NCBI GenBank assembly: GCA_963751275.1
Contig: CAVVTZ010000007.1
Location: 160,001-224,000 of the forward strand
Length of the DNA stretch: 64,000 nucleotides
Source of the DNA: an uncultured Gemmatimonadaceae bacterium
Lineage (GTDB): Bacteria > Gemmatimonadota > Gemmatimonadetes > Gemmatimonadales > Gemmatimonadaceae
Direction of reading: 5' to 3'
Of the stretch, positions 50,422-62,221 are shown piece by piece; position 1 is the stretch's first letter, and each line of letters begins with the position of its first letter. The position numbers were made by a program, and so were the translations under genes. The notes under the pieces are model-generated. The model ran no database searches, was not told the origin of the DNA, and worked only from the letters and a program-made list of their open reading frames with translations.

Positions 50422-51357
50422 CTACGCCGTCGCCCGTGCGGGCGGCGCGAGGGTGATCAGCGCGACGGCGCTCACGATCATCGCCGCCGCGATGATCGTG
50501 CGGGGCGTGACGGGTTCGTGCAGCACGATCCAGCCGAGGAAGACCGCGACCACCGGGTTCACGAACGCATAGGTGGACACCCGGGCCGGTGTGGAGACGC
50601 GCATGAGCCAGAGGTACGCGGTGAACCCCACCAGCGCGCCGAAGAGCGTCAGATAGAGCCAGGCGAGCATCGACGCCGTCGAGAGCGCGTGGATGTTCAC
50701 GCGCGCGGGCTCGCCGGTGATCACGCCCAGGAGCGTGAGCAGCACGCCGCCCGCGAGCATTTCCATCCCGATCGCGAGGAAGGGCGAGGCCGGCAGCGCC
50801 GCGTGGCGTGAGTACAGCGACCCGATGGCCCACGTGATCGATGCGAACAGCAATACCGCGGCGCCGACGGGATTCACGCCGCCCCCGCCAGCGATCTGGC
50901 CGGGGCCGATGAGGAACGCCACGCCCGCGAGGCCCAGCGCGATGCCCGCGGCGACGCCGAGCGAGGGCCGGTCGCCGTTGTGCCGCAGCCAATGGAGCAG
51001 GACCATCCAGAGCGGCACCGTGGTGACGAGCAGCGAGGTGATGCCGCTCGGGACGAGCTGCTCCGACCAGACGACGCCGCCGTTGCCGCAGACGAGCAGC
51101 AGGAACCCGGTGATCGCCGCCGCGCGCCAATGGAGCCGCGTGGGCCGCGCGGCGCCGCGGCCGCGCGCGAAGAGATACAGGATCGCCCCGGACGTGAAGA
51201 AGCGCGTGCCGGCCATGAGGAAGGGGGGCATCGTCTCGAGCGTGATGCGGATCGCGAGATAGGTGGAGCCCCAGATGATGTAGACGGCGGCGAAGGCGGA
51301 GAGAACGAGCGCCCGCGAGGGCGGCGCAGCGGGGGCATTCGGTGAGGCGGCGGTCAC
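50422..51357 (-). CDS. EamA/DMT transporter (YedA-like)
   Basis: VYIIWGSTYLAIR, two EamA repeats, YAFVNPVVAV. Confidence 0.93.
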   Translation of the reverse strand: MTAASPNAPAAPPSRALVLSAFAAVYIIWGSTYLAIRITLETMPPFLMAGTRFFTSGAILYLFARGRGAARPTRLHWRAAAITGFLLLVCGNGGVVWSEQLVPSGITSLLVTTVPLWMVLLHWLRHNGDRPSLGVAAGIALGLAGVAFLIGPGQIAGGGGVNPVGAAVLLFASITWAIGSLYSRHAALPASPFLAIGMEMLAGGVLLTLLGVITGEPARVNIHALSTASMLAWLYLTLFGALVGFTAYLWLMRVSTPARVSTYAFVNPVVAVFLGWIVLHEPVTPRTIIAAAMIVSAVALITLAPPARATA

Positions 51358-51415
51358 TCGCGGCTCGCGATCATGCGAGAAACATCGCGCGCGGATGGGC
51401 GCCAGTCAAAGCGCG

Positions 51416-51626
51416 CGGCGAACGACGCTAAACGGATCGGGCGGATTGAGCGGATCACTCGGATCCGTTCCGAGAGGAATTCGAGCTCCATCGAGTCGTG
51501 GCAAGGACATGAACTGTTGTTCACAACAAGAACACAGTCTTGACCGCGCCGCGGTACTCTCCCGGCGCATGGAACGGATCCGAGTGATCCGCTCAATCCG
51601 CCCGATCCGTTTAGCGTCGTTCGCCG
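51416..51626. repeat. 211-bp element with perfect 56-bp terminal inverted repeats (MITE/REPIN-like)
   Basis: 51416-51471 is the exact reverse complement of 51571-51626. Core is 99 bp. Confidence 0.92.
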
Positions 51627-51644
51627 TTGCCGTTGTTCAGGATC

Positions 51645-52718
51645 TCACTTCCAGCGAAACAGCTTCAGCGCGGTCCCGAAACAGACGACCAGCCACGCGC
51701 CCAGCAGGAGGAACTGCGGCGCGACCGCGCTCCAGCCGACGCCCTGCAGCATCGTTGCGCGCAGGGCGTCGTTCGCGGCGGTGAGCGGGAGCGCGCGAAT
51801 GAAGGGCTGCATGGCGGCGGGGTAGCGCGTCCAGGCGAAGAAGACGCCGGAGAAGACCCACATCGGGAGCATCACGAGGTTCGAGAGCCCCGACACGCCT
51901 TCAATGGTGCGCACGCGTGAGGCGACGAGCAGGCCGAGCGAGCTGAACGCGAAGGCCGCGATCAGGCAGATCGCGAAGAGCTGTATGTACGAGCCGCGCA
52001 TCGGCACGCCGAACACCAGGCGGCCGAATCCGAGCAGCGTGATCACCTCGAGCACGAGAAAGGTGAGCCGCGAGAGGATGAAGCTCGCGAGATACTCCCA
52101 GCGCGACATCGGCGTCGCGATCAGGCGCTTGAGCAGTTTCTTCTTGCGCGCATCCACGATCGCGAAGCCGACGCCCCAGATGCCGCTGCCCATGAGATTC
52201 ATGCCGAGCAGGCCGGGGATCACGAAGTCGATGTAGCGCGCGCCCTTCTCGCGCACGGTGCTGTCCTGAACGCCAACCGCATCGACGCGACCGGCCGCGC
52301 GCTGCAGCGCGTCATCGGCGAGCATGCGCGCCGTTCTCGATTCTGGGCGCGTGTCGTCGTAGCGGTAGGTCGCCTGCGTGGCGCTCGAGGGCGTGACGAG
52401 CAGTGCGACGGCTCCCGTGCTGAGCGCGCGCTGGCCGGCGCTGTCGTCCACCAGCACCGGCTCGAGGGACTTCTCCGCCTTGAGTGCCGCCATCGCGGCC
52501 GGCGCACCCGGAGCGTTCGCGATGACGCCCACCTTCACGGTCTCCTGCGGGCGGTTCCGGAACGCGACGCCCAATCCGGTGGCGAGCAGCACCGGGAAGA
52601 CGAATACCCAGAACACCGCCTCCGGCTCACGGAGGAATTCGCGGTAGCGGATGAGCGTGAGCTGTGCGAGCGGCCGCTCGAACCAGCGGCGCGCACGGGG
52701 AGGGCGCGCGTCATTCAT
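51645..52718 (-). CDS. ABC-2 type exporter permease
   Basis: REPEAVFW, YIDFVIPGLLGM, LKRLIATP, LFRW. Confidence 0.93.
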   Translation of the reverse strand: MNDARPPRARRWFERPLAQLTLIRYREFLREPEAVFWVFVFPVLLATGLGVAFRNRPQETVKVGVIANAPGAPAAMAALKAEKSLEPVLVDDSAGQRALSTGAVALLVTPSSATQATYRYDDTRPESRTARMLADDALQRAAGRVDAVGVQDSTVREKGARYIDFVIPGLLGMNLMGSGIWGVGFAIVDARKKKLLKRLIATPMSRWEYLASFILSRLTFLVLEVITLLGFGRLVFGVPMRGSYIQLFAICLIAAFAFSSLGLLVASRVRTIEGVSGLSNLVMLPMWVFSGVFFAWTRYPAAMQPFIRALPLTAANDALRATMLQGVGWSAVAPQFLLLGAWLVVCFGTALKLFRWK

Positions 52719-53631
52719 CGCGGAGATGCCTCCCGGTGAGCTTCACGAACACGTCCTCGAGCGTGGCCGAATGCGTGCGGAGTTCGGTGAGCGCCAAGTG
52801 CTGCCGCTGGAGCTCGGCGAGCAGCGCGGGCACCGCCCGGTGGAGCTCCGCCACTTCCAATTGCCATCCGCCGCCCGACGCGCGCACCGCGCTCACTCCC
52901 GGCAGCGCGCGCAGCGATGCCTCGTCCACGGCGCCGCTGCCGAGGGAGAATTCCACGAGGTGCTCGGCGATGATCTCGGCGATGAGCGCGCGCGGTGTGC
53001 CCAGCGCGATCACATGGCCATGATCCATGATCGCGACGCGGTCGCAGAGACGTTCCGCCTCGTCCATGTAGTGCGTGGTGATGAGCGTCGTGCGGCCGTC
53101 GGCGCGGAAGCGGTCGATCAATTCCCAAAGCTGGCGCCGCGCCTGCGGATCGAGTCCGGTGGTCGGTTCGTCGAGGAAGAGCAGCTCGGGGTCGCCCACG
53201 AGCGCGCACGCCAGGGCGAGCCGCTGCTTCTGGCCGCCGGAGAGCGTGCCGACGCGCGCGTCGCGCTTCTCCTCGAGCTGGACCATCGCGATGACCTCAT
53301 CCACCGCGCGCGCCTGCCGATAGAAGCTCCGGAAAAGATCGAGCGTCTCGCGCACGGTGATCTTCTCGGAGAGCTGTGTGTCCTGCAGCTGGATGCCGAG
53401 CCGCTCGCGCAGCTCGTGCTCGTCGCCGCTCCACCGCCGGCCCAGCAGTTCCACGTCGCCGCTGTCGGGTGCGGTCAGCCCCTCGCAGATCTCGATGGTG
53501 GTGGTCTTCCCGGCGCCGTTGGGGCCGAGCAATCCGAAACACTCGCCCGCGCGCACTTCGAGGTCGATGCCGTCCACCGCGACGACATCGCCGAAGCTCT
53601 TCCGGAGCGCGCGCAGGGCGAGTGCGCTCAC
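52711..53631 (-). CDS. ABC exporter ATP-binding protein
   Basis: GPNGAGKTT, LSGGQ, FLDEPT, TTH, TLEDVF. Confidence 0.96.
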   Translation of the reverse strand: MSALALRALRKSFGDVVAVDGIDLEVRAGECFGLLGPNGAGKTTTIEICEGLTAPDSGDVELLGRRWSGDEHELRERLGIQLQDTQLSEKITVRETLDLFRSFYRQARAVDEVIAMVQLEEKRDARVGTLSGGQKQRLALACALVGDPELLFLDEPTTGLDPQARRQLWELIDRFRADGRTTLITTHYMDEAERLCDRVAIMDHGHVIALGTPRALIAEIIAEHLVEFSLGSGAVDEASLRALPGVSAVRASGGGWQLEVAELHRAVPALLAELQRQHLALTELRTHSATLEDVFVKLTGRHLRDE

Positions 53632-55037
53632 TGCGCGTAGAGGATCAGATCGTACAGGAACTTCACGCCGAAGCCGACGTTCTCCACAGACAGGCGCTCG
53701 TCGTTGCCGTGCACGCCCTTTTGCGCATCGGCCATCTCCACCTTGAACGGGCTGAAGCCGTACGTGATGAGTCCCGCCTCGCGGTACGCCGGACGATCGG
53801 TGGCGCCGGCGAGCATGATCGTGGTCACGAGTGCATTCGGGTCGCGGTCATGCGCGGCCTTCTCGATGGCCCTGTACAGATCCGTCGCGATCGGACTCTC
53901 GAGCGGCGGCTTGAGCGGCAGGGTCTGCTCGAAATGCACCGCGGTGTCGTTCACCACCTTCTTGAGCTCGGCCAGGAATGCCGCGGGATCCTGGTCGGGG
54001 AGCAGCCGGATGTCGAGCTCGGCCGACGCTTCCGGCGGGATCACGTTGGTCTTGTTCGAACCCGTGAGCACGGTGAGCGAGATCGTGTTCCGGATGATCG
54101 CGTTCCACGCGGTGTTGTCCGTGATGAACGCACGGCCGGCCGGCGTCTTCACCGCGGCCGACGCATCCGCCAGCCACGCGCGCTGCTGGCCAGTGTACTC
54201 CACGGAAATGTCCTTCATGAACTTCTGCACGCCGGGCGTGACATGGAGCGGCGTCTCATATTTCGCGATCTTGTCGAGCGCCGCGACCAGGCGCGGCACC
54301 GGGTTCTGCTTGGTGGGACGCGACCCGTGGCTCGCCACACCGTGCACGGTGAGCTTCTGCCAGAAGGGGCGCTTCTCGGACACGCTCACGCCGTAGTATT
54401 CGAGCTTGCCGTTGTTCAGCGGATTGCCGCCGCCCTCGGTGATCAGGTACTCGACGTCCTTCAGCAGATCGCGATGGTTCTTCACGAAGTCGATCGCGCC
54501 GAGCCCGCCGAGTTCTTCGTCGCTGTTGCCGATGAACACGATGTCACGGTTCAGGAGCGCGCCGCTCCGCTTGAGCGCGAGCATGGCGTAGAGTTGCGCG
54601 ATCGTCTGCCCCTTCATGTCGAGCGCGCCGCGTCCCCAGATGTAGCCGTCCTTGATCGCGCCGGAGAACGGATCCACGGTCCAATAGCTCGCGACGGCGG
54701 GCACGACATCCATGTGACCGACCAGCGCGATCGCTTTCTTGCTGCCGTTCCCCTTGAGCCGCGCGTAGATGTTGCCGCGCGTCGGCCCGAGCTCGGAGGC
54801 CGCGGTGTCGAGCACCTGCACTTCGAAGCCCTCGGCCTGGAGGATATCCTTCAGGAAGTTGATCGTGCGCATCTCGTTGCCCGGGGGATTCGTCGTGTTC
54901 AACTGCAGATAGTTCGACAGCGTCCTCACCGCTTCCTGGGACGTCGCCGCCCAATCCACCGGGCGGGGCGCGGGGTTCTGTGTCGACGCGGTGGCGGCGA
55001 ACAGCGCGAGTGCGAGAACGGACAGGGAGGAGCGCAT
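53628..55037 (-). CDS. Secreted M20-family peptidase/aminoacylase
   Basis: Signal peptide MRSSL..., GHMDVV, GRGALDMKG, DEE, HG, HGNDE. Confidence 0.92.
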   Translation of the reverse strand: MRSSLSVLALALFAATASTQNPAPRPVDWAATSQEAVRTLSNYLQLNTTNPPGNEMRTINFLKDILQAEGFEVQVLDTAASELGPTRGNIYARLKGNGSKKAIALVGHMDVVPAVASYWTVDPFSGAIKDGYIWGRGALDMKGQTIAQLYAMLALKRSGALLNRDIVFIGNSDEELGGLGAIDFVKNHRDLLKDVEYLITEGGGNPLNNGKLEYYGVSVSEKRPFWQKLTVHGVASHGSRPTKQNPVPRLVAALDKIAKYETPLHVTPGVQKFMKDISVEYTGQQRAWLADASAAVKTPAGRAFITDNTAWNAIIRNTISLTVLTGSNKTNVIPPEASAELDIRLLPDQDPAAFLAELKKVVNDTAVHFEQTLPLKPPLESPIATDLYRAIEKAAHDRDPNALVTTIMLAGATDRPAYREAGLITYGFSPFKVEMADAQKGVHGNDERLSVENVGFGVKFLYDLILYAQ

Positions 55038-55175
55038 GGGGTGGGCCGGGGTTCGGGGAATGCGCGCGCGAGCGGGAACCGAAAATGAGGCGCGCGCCGC
55101 AGTGCGCGCAATCCCCGGAGCGAAACCCATCCCGCGGGCCGGGCGTAGGGTCCGGCACACTCTCGCCTCCGGGAA

Positions 55176-57638
55176 ATGATCTCTCTTCTGTCCGCGCTCG
55201 TCCTGCTGCAGCAGCCCATCATCTCGGTCTCGCGGGACACCACGCGGGACACGACGGAGATCCGGCGCGACTCGACGCGGCATTGGGAGGCGATGCGCGA
55301 CTCGCTGCGCCGCGCGAAGATGCGCGCGATGCACGACGTGACGATCACGCCCGAGATGATGGCGAGCGCGTACAAGGATCCCGATGCCAGGTCGCTCATC
55401 GCGCGCGCGCGCGTCGCGCGGCTGGAGCAGGATTCCACGCTCATCGCCTACGACGCGACCGCGCGCGAACGCGTGACCGCCGGCATGAGCCTGAGCGCCT
55501 CCGGCCCCGACAAACTCCTCTTGCGCAGCGAGACCGCTTCGCGCGTGCGTTGGCAGCGCGGGCGCGGTGTGCTCATCGATGTCCTCGGCGCGCGCACGGT
55601 GTTCCCGATGTTCTTCCCGGGGCCCCGCGTGCTCCCCGATTTCCTCGAGATGGACCCGGTGCCGTATTTCCCGGGACGCGAGCAGCTGCCCAGTTTCGAA
55701 GGCAGCAAGATGACCAGCAAGACCACCGAAGGGATCTTCCTGCATCCGCTCGATCGCGGCGCCGAGGCCTACTACACGTTCCGCTCCGGCGACTCGATCA
55801 CCTTCCGGCTCCCCGACGGCAAGACCATCCGTCTCCGCGCCGTGGAGGTGCAGGCGCGCAAGCCGGACGCGCAGCTCATCGTGGGTTCGCTCTGGTTCGA
55901 CGTGGCCACCGGTCATCTCGTGCGCGGCGCGTTCCGCCCCGCCGCGCCCTTCGACATCGTGAAGTTCGTGGAGGAGGAGGATCCGCACGCCTTCGACGAC
56001 GTGCCGAAGGTCGTCAAGCCGATCATCTTCCCGATGGAGCTCAACGTCGCCGCGTTCACGGTGGAGTACGGCCTGCACGAGCAGCGGTGGTGGATGCCGC
56101 GCGTGCAGACGGTGGAAGGCCGCGCGCGCGTCGGCGTCATGCGCGTGCCGTTCTCGATGGAGCAGAGCTTCTCCTACGCGAGCGTCAACGGCACCGACAC
56201 CATCCCGCGGCTCTTCGCCTCGCTGGAAGACTCGCTGGCGCACAAGCCGGGCGACTCGCTCTACAAGGCGCGGCAGGACAGCATCCACGCCGTGAACAAG
56301 GCGCGACGCGACAGTCTCCGCGCCGAGCGCGAGACCGACTCGATCACCACCAAGGACGGCCGCCGCGTTCGCTATAGCCGCCGTAACCGCGGCATGACGA
56401 TCGACGACGACCCCGATTTCCAGAGCTTCTCCTGCTCCGGCAAGGACACGACGATCACAAAAAGCTTCCGCTACGACGGCACGCTCCCGGTGCGCATCGT
56501 CGTCCCGTGCGACACCACCGCGCTGTTGCACAGTGCCGAACTCCCGCCGTCGATCTACGATCCGGGCGAGCAGCTCTTCGACCTGAAGGAGCGCGACCAG
56601 CTCGTGCAGGAACTCACGATCGGGATCCAGCCCGGCTGGGACCCGCAGCCCATCGAATGGCACTACGGCATCGAGAACTCGCTGATCCGCTACAATCGCG
56701 TGGACGCGCTCGACGCCGGCGTGCAGGCCACCCGCGATTTCGGCAGCGGCTACACCGGCTCGCTCGAGGCGCGCGTCTCCACCGGCGGCCCGTACCTCTG
56801 GGGCGAAGCGCACTTCGCCCGCAGCGACGGCTACCGCAAATACGACATCGGCCTCTACAACCGCCTCACCTCGGTGAACGATTGGGGCGATCCGCTCACC
56901 TTCCGCGCCTCGCTCAACGCGTTCATCCTCGGACAGGACCTCGGCTTCTATTACAAAGCCTGGGGCGGCGAGCTCACCTCCACCACGCTGAGCAACACCG
57001 GCTTCACGTGGCGCGTGTTCGCCGAGCAGCAGACCAACGCGCCGGTGGCGACGAACACGTCGATCCCGAACTGGATCAACGGGCACGAATTCAGCTACAA
57101 CGTCGAGACGCCGATGACGAACGCGTTCGGCGCGCAGGTGCGCCTGCGCGACCAGATCGGCCTCGACCCGCACGGTTGGCGCGAATCGTACGATGCGCGC
57201 GCCGAGGGCGGGCTGGGCACGTTCCAGTACGGGCGCGTCGCGGTGGACGGGACGATCGGTCACGGACTCGGCAAGTATCTCGACTGGCAACTCGGCGCGG
57301 GCGGCGGCACGTCGTTCGGCGACCTCCCGCCGCAGCGTGACTGGTTCCTCGGCGGCGCGTGGACCATTCGCGGCCAGCAGCCGGGCACCGCGGCCGGCAA
57401 CGCCTACTGGCTGGGGCACGCCGAGCTCGGTTCGAGCTTCGTGGCCGTGCGTCCGACGCTGTTCTTCGACATCGGCTGGGCCGGCGACCGGAACGACTGG
57501 CAGCACATCGGCATCCCGACGAGCGGCGTGGGGGTGGGGCTGTCGTTCATGGACGGTCTCTTCCGGGTGGATCTCGCGCACGCCGTGCAGCCGACCGGCG
57601 GGTTCATCCTGGATTTCTCCACGAGCGCGCGGTTCTAG
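55176..57638 (+). CDS. Large outer-membrane protein with Omp85/TpsB-like C-terminal barrel
   Basis: Signal peptide, C-terminal beta-strands, LGG..TIRG loop-6-like motif, terminal Phe. Confidence 0.7.
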   Translation: MISLLSALVLLQQPIISVSRDTTRDTTEIRRDSTRHWEAMRDSLRRAKMRAMHDVTITPEMMASAYKDPDARSLIARARVARLEQDSTLIAYDATARERVTAGMSLSASGPDKLLLRSETASRVRWQRGRGVLIDVLGARTVFPMFFPGPRVLPDFLEMDPVPYFPGREQLPSFEGSKMTSKTTEGIFLHPLDRGAEAYYTFRSGDSITFRLPDGKTIRLRAVEVQARKPDAQLIVGSLWFDVATGHLVRGAFRPAAPFDIVKFVEEEDPHAFDDVPKVVKPIIFPMELNVAAFTVEYGLHEQRWWMPRVQTVEGRARVGVMRVPFSMEQSFSYASVNGTDTIPRLFASLEDSLAHKPGDSLYKARQDSIHAVNKARRDSLRAERETDSITTKDGRRVRYSRRNRGMTIDDDPDFQSFSCSGKDTTITKSFRYDGTLPVRIVVPCDTTALLHSAELPPSIYDPGEQLFDLKERDQLVQELTIGIQPGWDPQPIEWHYGIENSLIRYNRVDALDAGVQATRDFGSGYTGSLEARVSTGGPYLWGEAHFARSDGYRKYDIGLYNRLTSVNDWGDPLTFRASLNAFILGQDLGFYYKAWGGELTSTTLSNTGFTWRVFAEQQTNAPVATNTSIPNWINGHEFSYNVETPMTNAFGAQVRLRDQIGLDPHGWRESYDARAEGGLGTFQYGRVAVDGTIGHGLGKYLDWQLGAGGGTSFGDLPPQRDWFLGGAWTIRGQQPGTAAGNAYWLGHAELGSSFVAVRPTLFFDIGWAGDRNDWQHIGIPTSGVGVGLSFMDGLFRVDLAHAVQPTGGFILDFSTSARF

Positions 57639-57723
57639 CGCGGGCGGTGGCGTGAGCGCGCCGGAGCGCTAAGTTTGGGCGCGCGCATGTCGCGCGAACC
57701 CAACCGCACCGGAGAGCACCGCC

Positions 57724-58095
57724 ATGTGGAAGGAATTCAAGGACTACCTGCTGAAGCAGAATCTCCTCGCGCTGGCGCTCGCCGTCGTCATCGGCGTGGC
57801 GCTGAACCGGGTGGTGCAGGCGATCGTGAACGACGTCATCATGCCGGTCGTGTCCTTCGCGACACCGGGCGGCGAATGGGAGAAGATGAAGCTCCCAGTG
57901 GGGCCCATCCAGTTCGGCGTCGGTGATCTGCTCAGCGCGTTGCTGAACTTCATCATCATCGGCTTCGTCGCGTGGCGCATCAGCAAGCTCATCCCGCAGC
58001 CTCCGGCGCCAGCCACCAAGAGCTGCCAGTTCTGCAAGAGCGCCATCGACCCGGCGGCCACGCGCTGCCCGCACTGCACCAGCCAGCTCGCGTAA
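57724..58095 (+). CDS. mscL: Large-conductance mechanosensitive channel with C-terminal zinc ribbon
   Basis: MWKEFKDYL..N...LA.AVVIG, DVIMP, two TM segments, CQFC...CPHC tail. Confidence 0.9.
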   Translation: MWKEFKDYLLKQNLLALALAVVIGVALNRVVQAIVNDVIMPVVSFATPGGEWEKMKLPVGPIQFGVGDLLSALLNFIIIGFVAWRISKLIPQPPAPATKSCQFCKSAIDPAATRCPHCTSQLA

Positions 58096-58161
58096 GGAGA
58101 CGTCGGACAACGGCTCGGCCCTCGGCGTGGCGGTAGCTAGCGAGAGTCGTCTCCCTTCCGT

Positions 58162-59416
58162 ATGACCGGGCCCCTGAAGGCGCCGCGTGCGCCGCGCACG
58201 ACCTCCACCGAGCAGGCGACCGCCGAACTGCTGCTCTGGCAGATGCGCGCGCGCCTGAGCGCCGCGCTCGTTGGCGCACTGCTGATCATCGGGCGGATGC
58301 TCGGCGATCACGCCACCGAAGCCGCCAAACGCGGCCTCGGCGTGCTGCTCGTGTACTTCGTGGCGACGCTGTTCATCGCCTTCCTCATCAATCGCACGGG
58401 ACGCGCCGGCCCGGTCTGGGTGTGGCTCTCCATCGGCACGGACCTCTTCGCGATCTTCGAGGTGACCTACGTCAGCACGCCGCCAGCGGACTATCCGCAG
58501 GCGCTGATCCTCGGGTTCGTCGTGCTGCATTTCACGGAGTACCATTTCGGCCGGCGCTACGCGCAGGGCGCGCTCGCGACGATCATCGCCGCGTACCTCG
58601 TGCTGATCGCACCCGTCACCGGCATCGGGCGCATCCTCGAGTGGTCGTCGCAGCTCATGTCGCTCGCCGTGTTCGCCTTCGCGGGCGCGGTGTTCGTGGT
58701 GCTGTATGGGAGCTACAAGGAACGGCTCGCCGAGATCGTCGAGCTGTTCACCCGCACGGAGCAGGGCGACTTCACCGCCGAGTTCCCGACGAGGCTGGAC
58801 TCGCCCCCCGACAGCGTGACGCTCGTGGGCAGCGCGTACAATCGTGTGCGCGCGCAGCTGGGCAACCTCGTGCTCACCGACCCGTTGAGCGGCCTGCTCA
58901 ACCGCCGCGGACTCGAGCGCGACCTCGCGCGCGAGATCGCGCGCGCGGTGCGCAGCGGGAAGGAACTGGCCCTCGTGGCCATGGATGTCGATCACTTCAA
59001 GACGATCAACGACACGCTCGGCCATCTCCGCCGGCGACGGCGTGATCAAGGAGATCGGCGAGCTGCTCCGCCAGCTGAAGCGCGGCGGCGACGTGGTGGC
59101 GCGCACCGGCGGCGATGAATTCACCCTGCTGCTGCCCGAGACCGGCGCAGCGGGCGCATTCCGCCTCGCGTCGCGGATCCGCGAGATGGTGCGCGCGCAC
59201 GAATTCCCGACGGTGCGCGGCCGTGTTCCCGTGACGGTGAGCATCGGCCTCGTCGCCGATCGCGTGATGGACGAGGATGTCGCGCACGACCTGCATTCGC
59301 GCGCCGACGAGGCGCTCTACGCCGCCAAGGAGAGCGGACGTGACCGGGTGACGATATGGAACGCGAACATGCGGGCCTTCGTGCTCACGCGCACCGGCGA
59401 GATGGTCAAGCCGTAG
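58162..59416 (+). CDS. Membrane diguanylate cyclase (TM-HAMP-like-GGDEF), +1 frameshift near 59029
   Basis: TDPLSGLLNRR, DVDHFK.IND..GH, then GD...RTGGDEF...ADEALYAAK in the next frame. Confidence 0.9.
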
Positions 59417-59422
59417 TTCCGG

Positions 59423-60334
59423 CTACGCCGAGATCGCGCCCTCGGACATCAGCACGCACTCGCCGCCCACGCGCACCGCGAGCACCTCCCCGCCGGCCTT
59501 GTCCACCTCGATGTGCAGGATGCTCGGCCGGCCCATCTCGACGCCCTGCTCCACCACGTACTGGAGCTTCGCGTCGGCCGCGCTCTCGCGCGCCGCGAGA
59601 TAACCGCCGAGCGCCGCCGCGGCGCTGCCGGTGGCCGGATCCTCGGGCACCGCGAGGCCGGGCACGAACACGCGCGCATGGATGTCCACGCCCGGCTGCA
59701 GCGCGTCGCGCGAGAAGACCATCACCTGCGGCGCCCAGTACGACTTGAGCGCCGACTCCCAATGGTCCATGCGCACGCGGGCCTTCCCAACGGCGTCGCG
59801 ATCGCGCACCGGCACGAACAGGAACGGCAGTCCGCAGCTCACCGCCTGCGGCGAGGACATGCCGCCGAGGATATCGGTCGCGTCGAGTCCGAGCACGTCG
59901 GCGAGATGCGTGCGGCCGGGTGCGGGCGGTCCGATCTCGGGAAGCTTGGCGACGCTGAGTTGCGCGAACGTCGGCGCGTGTCCCTCGCCGCGGATCATGA
60001 CCGTGACGGGGCCGACGCCTTCTTCGAGGATGATGCGCGTCTCGGGGCCGGTGAGCTTGATCTCGCCGGTGGCCGCGAGCGCGTACGCGGTGCCCACCGT
60101 CGGATGGCCGGCGAAGGGGAGTTCCTCGGCGGGCGTGAAGATCCGCACGCGGCGCGTGTGCTTCGGATCCGCGGGCGGATAGACGAACACCGTTTCCGAG
60201 AGATTGAACTCGCGTGCGATGTCGGCAAGCGCGCTCGTCGGGGATCGCGCGCGCGTCGGGAAAGACCGCGAGCTGGTTCCCGGCGAAGGGCCGGTTCGTG
60301 AAGACGTCGAGCGTGAGGTAACGGTGCCGTGCGC

Positions 60335-60338
<4 letters not shown>
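59423..60338 (-). CDS. PhzF-family isomerase/epimerase, frameshift near 60225
   Basis: DVFT..PFAGNQLAV, SETVF, ELPFAGHPT, EDPATGSA, QGVEMGRPS. Confidence 0.9.
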
Positions 60339-62001
<1,663 letters not shown>

Positions 62002-62094
62002 TGTGCGTTCCTTGTGCGTGAGAGCGGACTGGAAAGATAGTCGGGTGGGAAGGTGTCTGGAATCGTGCGCCAGGATTGCGGTACCCATCTTGGT

Positions 62095-62155
62095 AATCAT
62101 GTGCATCCTGTCAAAGCAGTTCTGAGAACTGCATTCTGACAGGATGCACATGATT
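62095..62155. repeat. 61-bp AT-rich palindrome (19-bp perfect arms plus inner hairpin)
   Basis: AATCATGTGCATCCTGTCA / TGACAGGATGCACATGATT, with inner GCAGTTC-TGA-GAACTGC. Confidence 0.88.
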
Positions 62156-62221
62156 GACGTGATATGATCGAGGGGGTCTCCATCATCGCCTATTGCGTAT
62201 CCCTCGTAATAACTTGGGGCC

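Noticed and set aside
51354..51784. Two opposite-strand ORFs sharing identical peptides (SGSLGSVP, ERIRVIRSIRPIRLASFA)
   Set aside because: A consequence of the 56-bp inverted repeat, not evidence of coding.
53628..57581. 1317-aa giant ORF
   Set aside because: Only 53628-55037 is the M20 peptidase. The rest is antisense shadow of the plus-strand outer-membrane gene.
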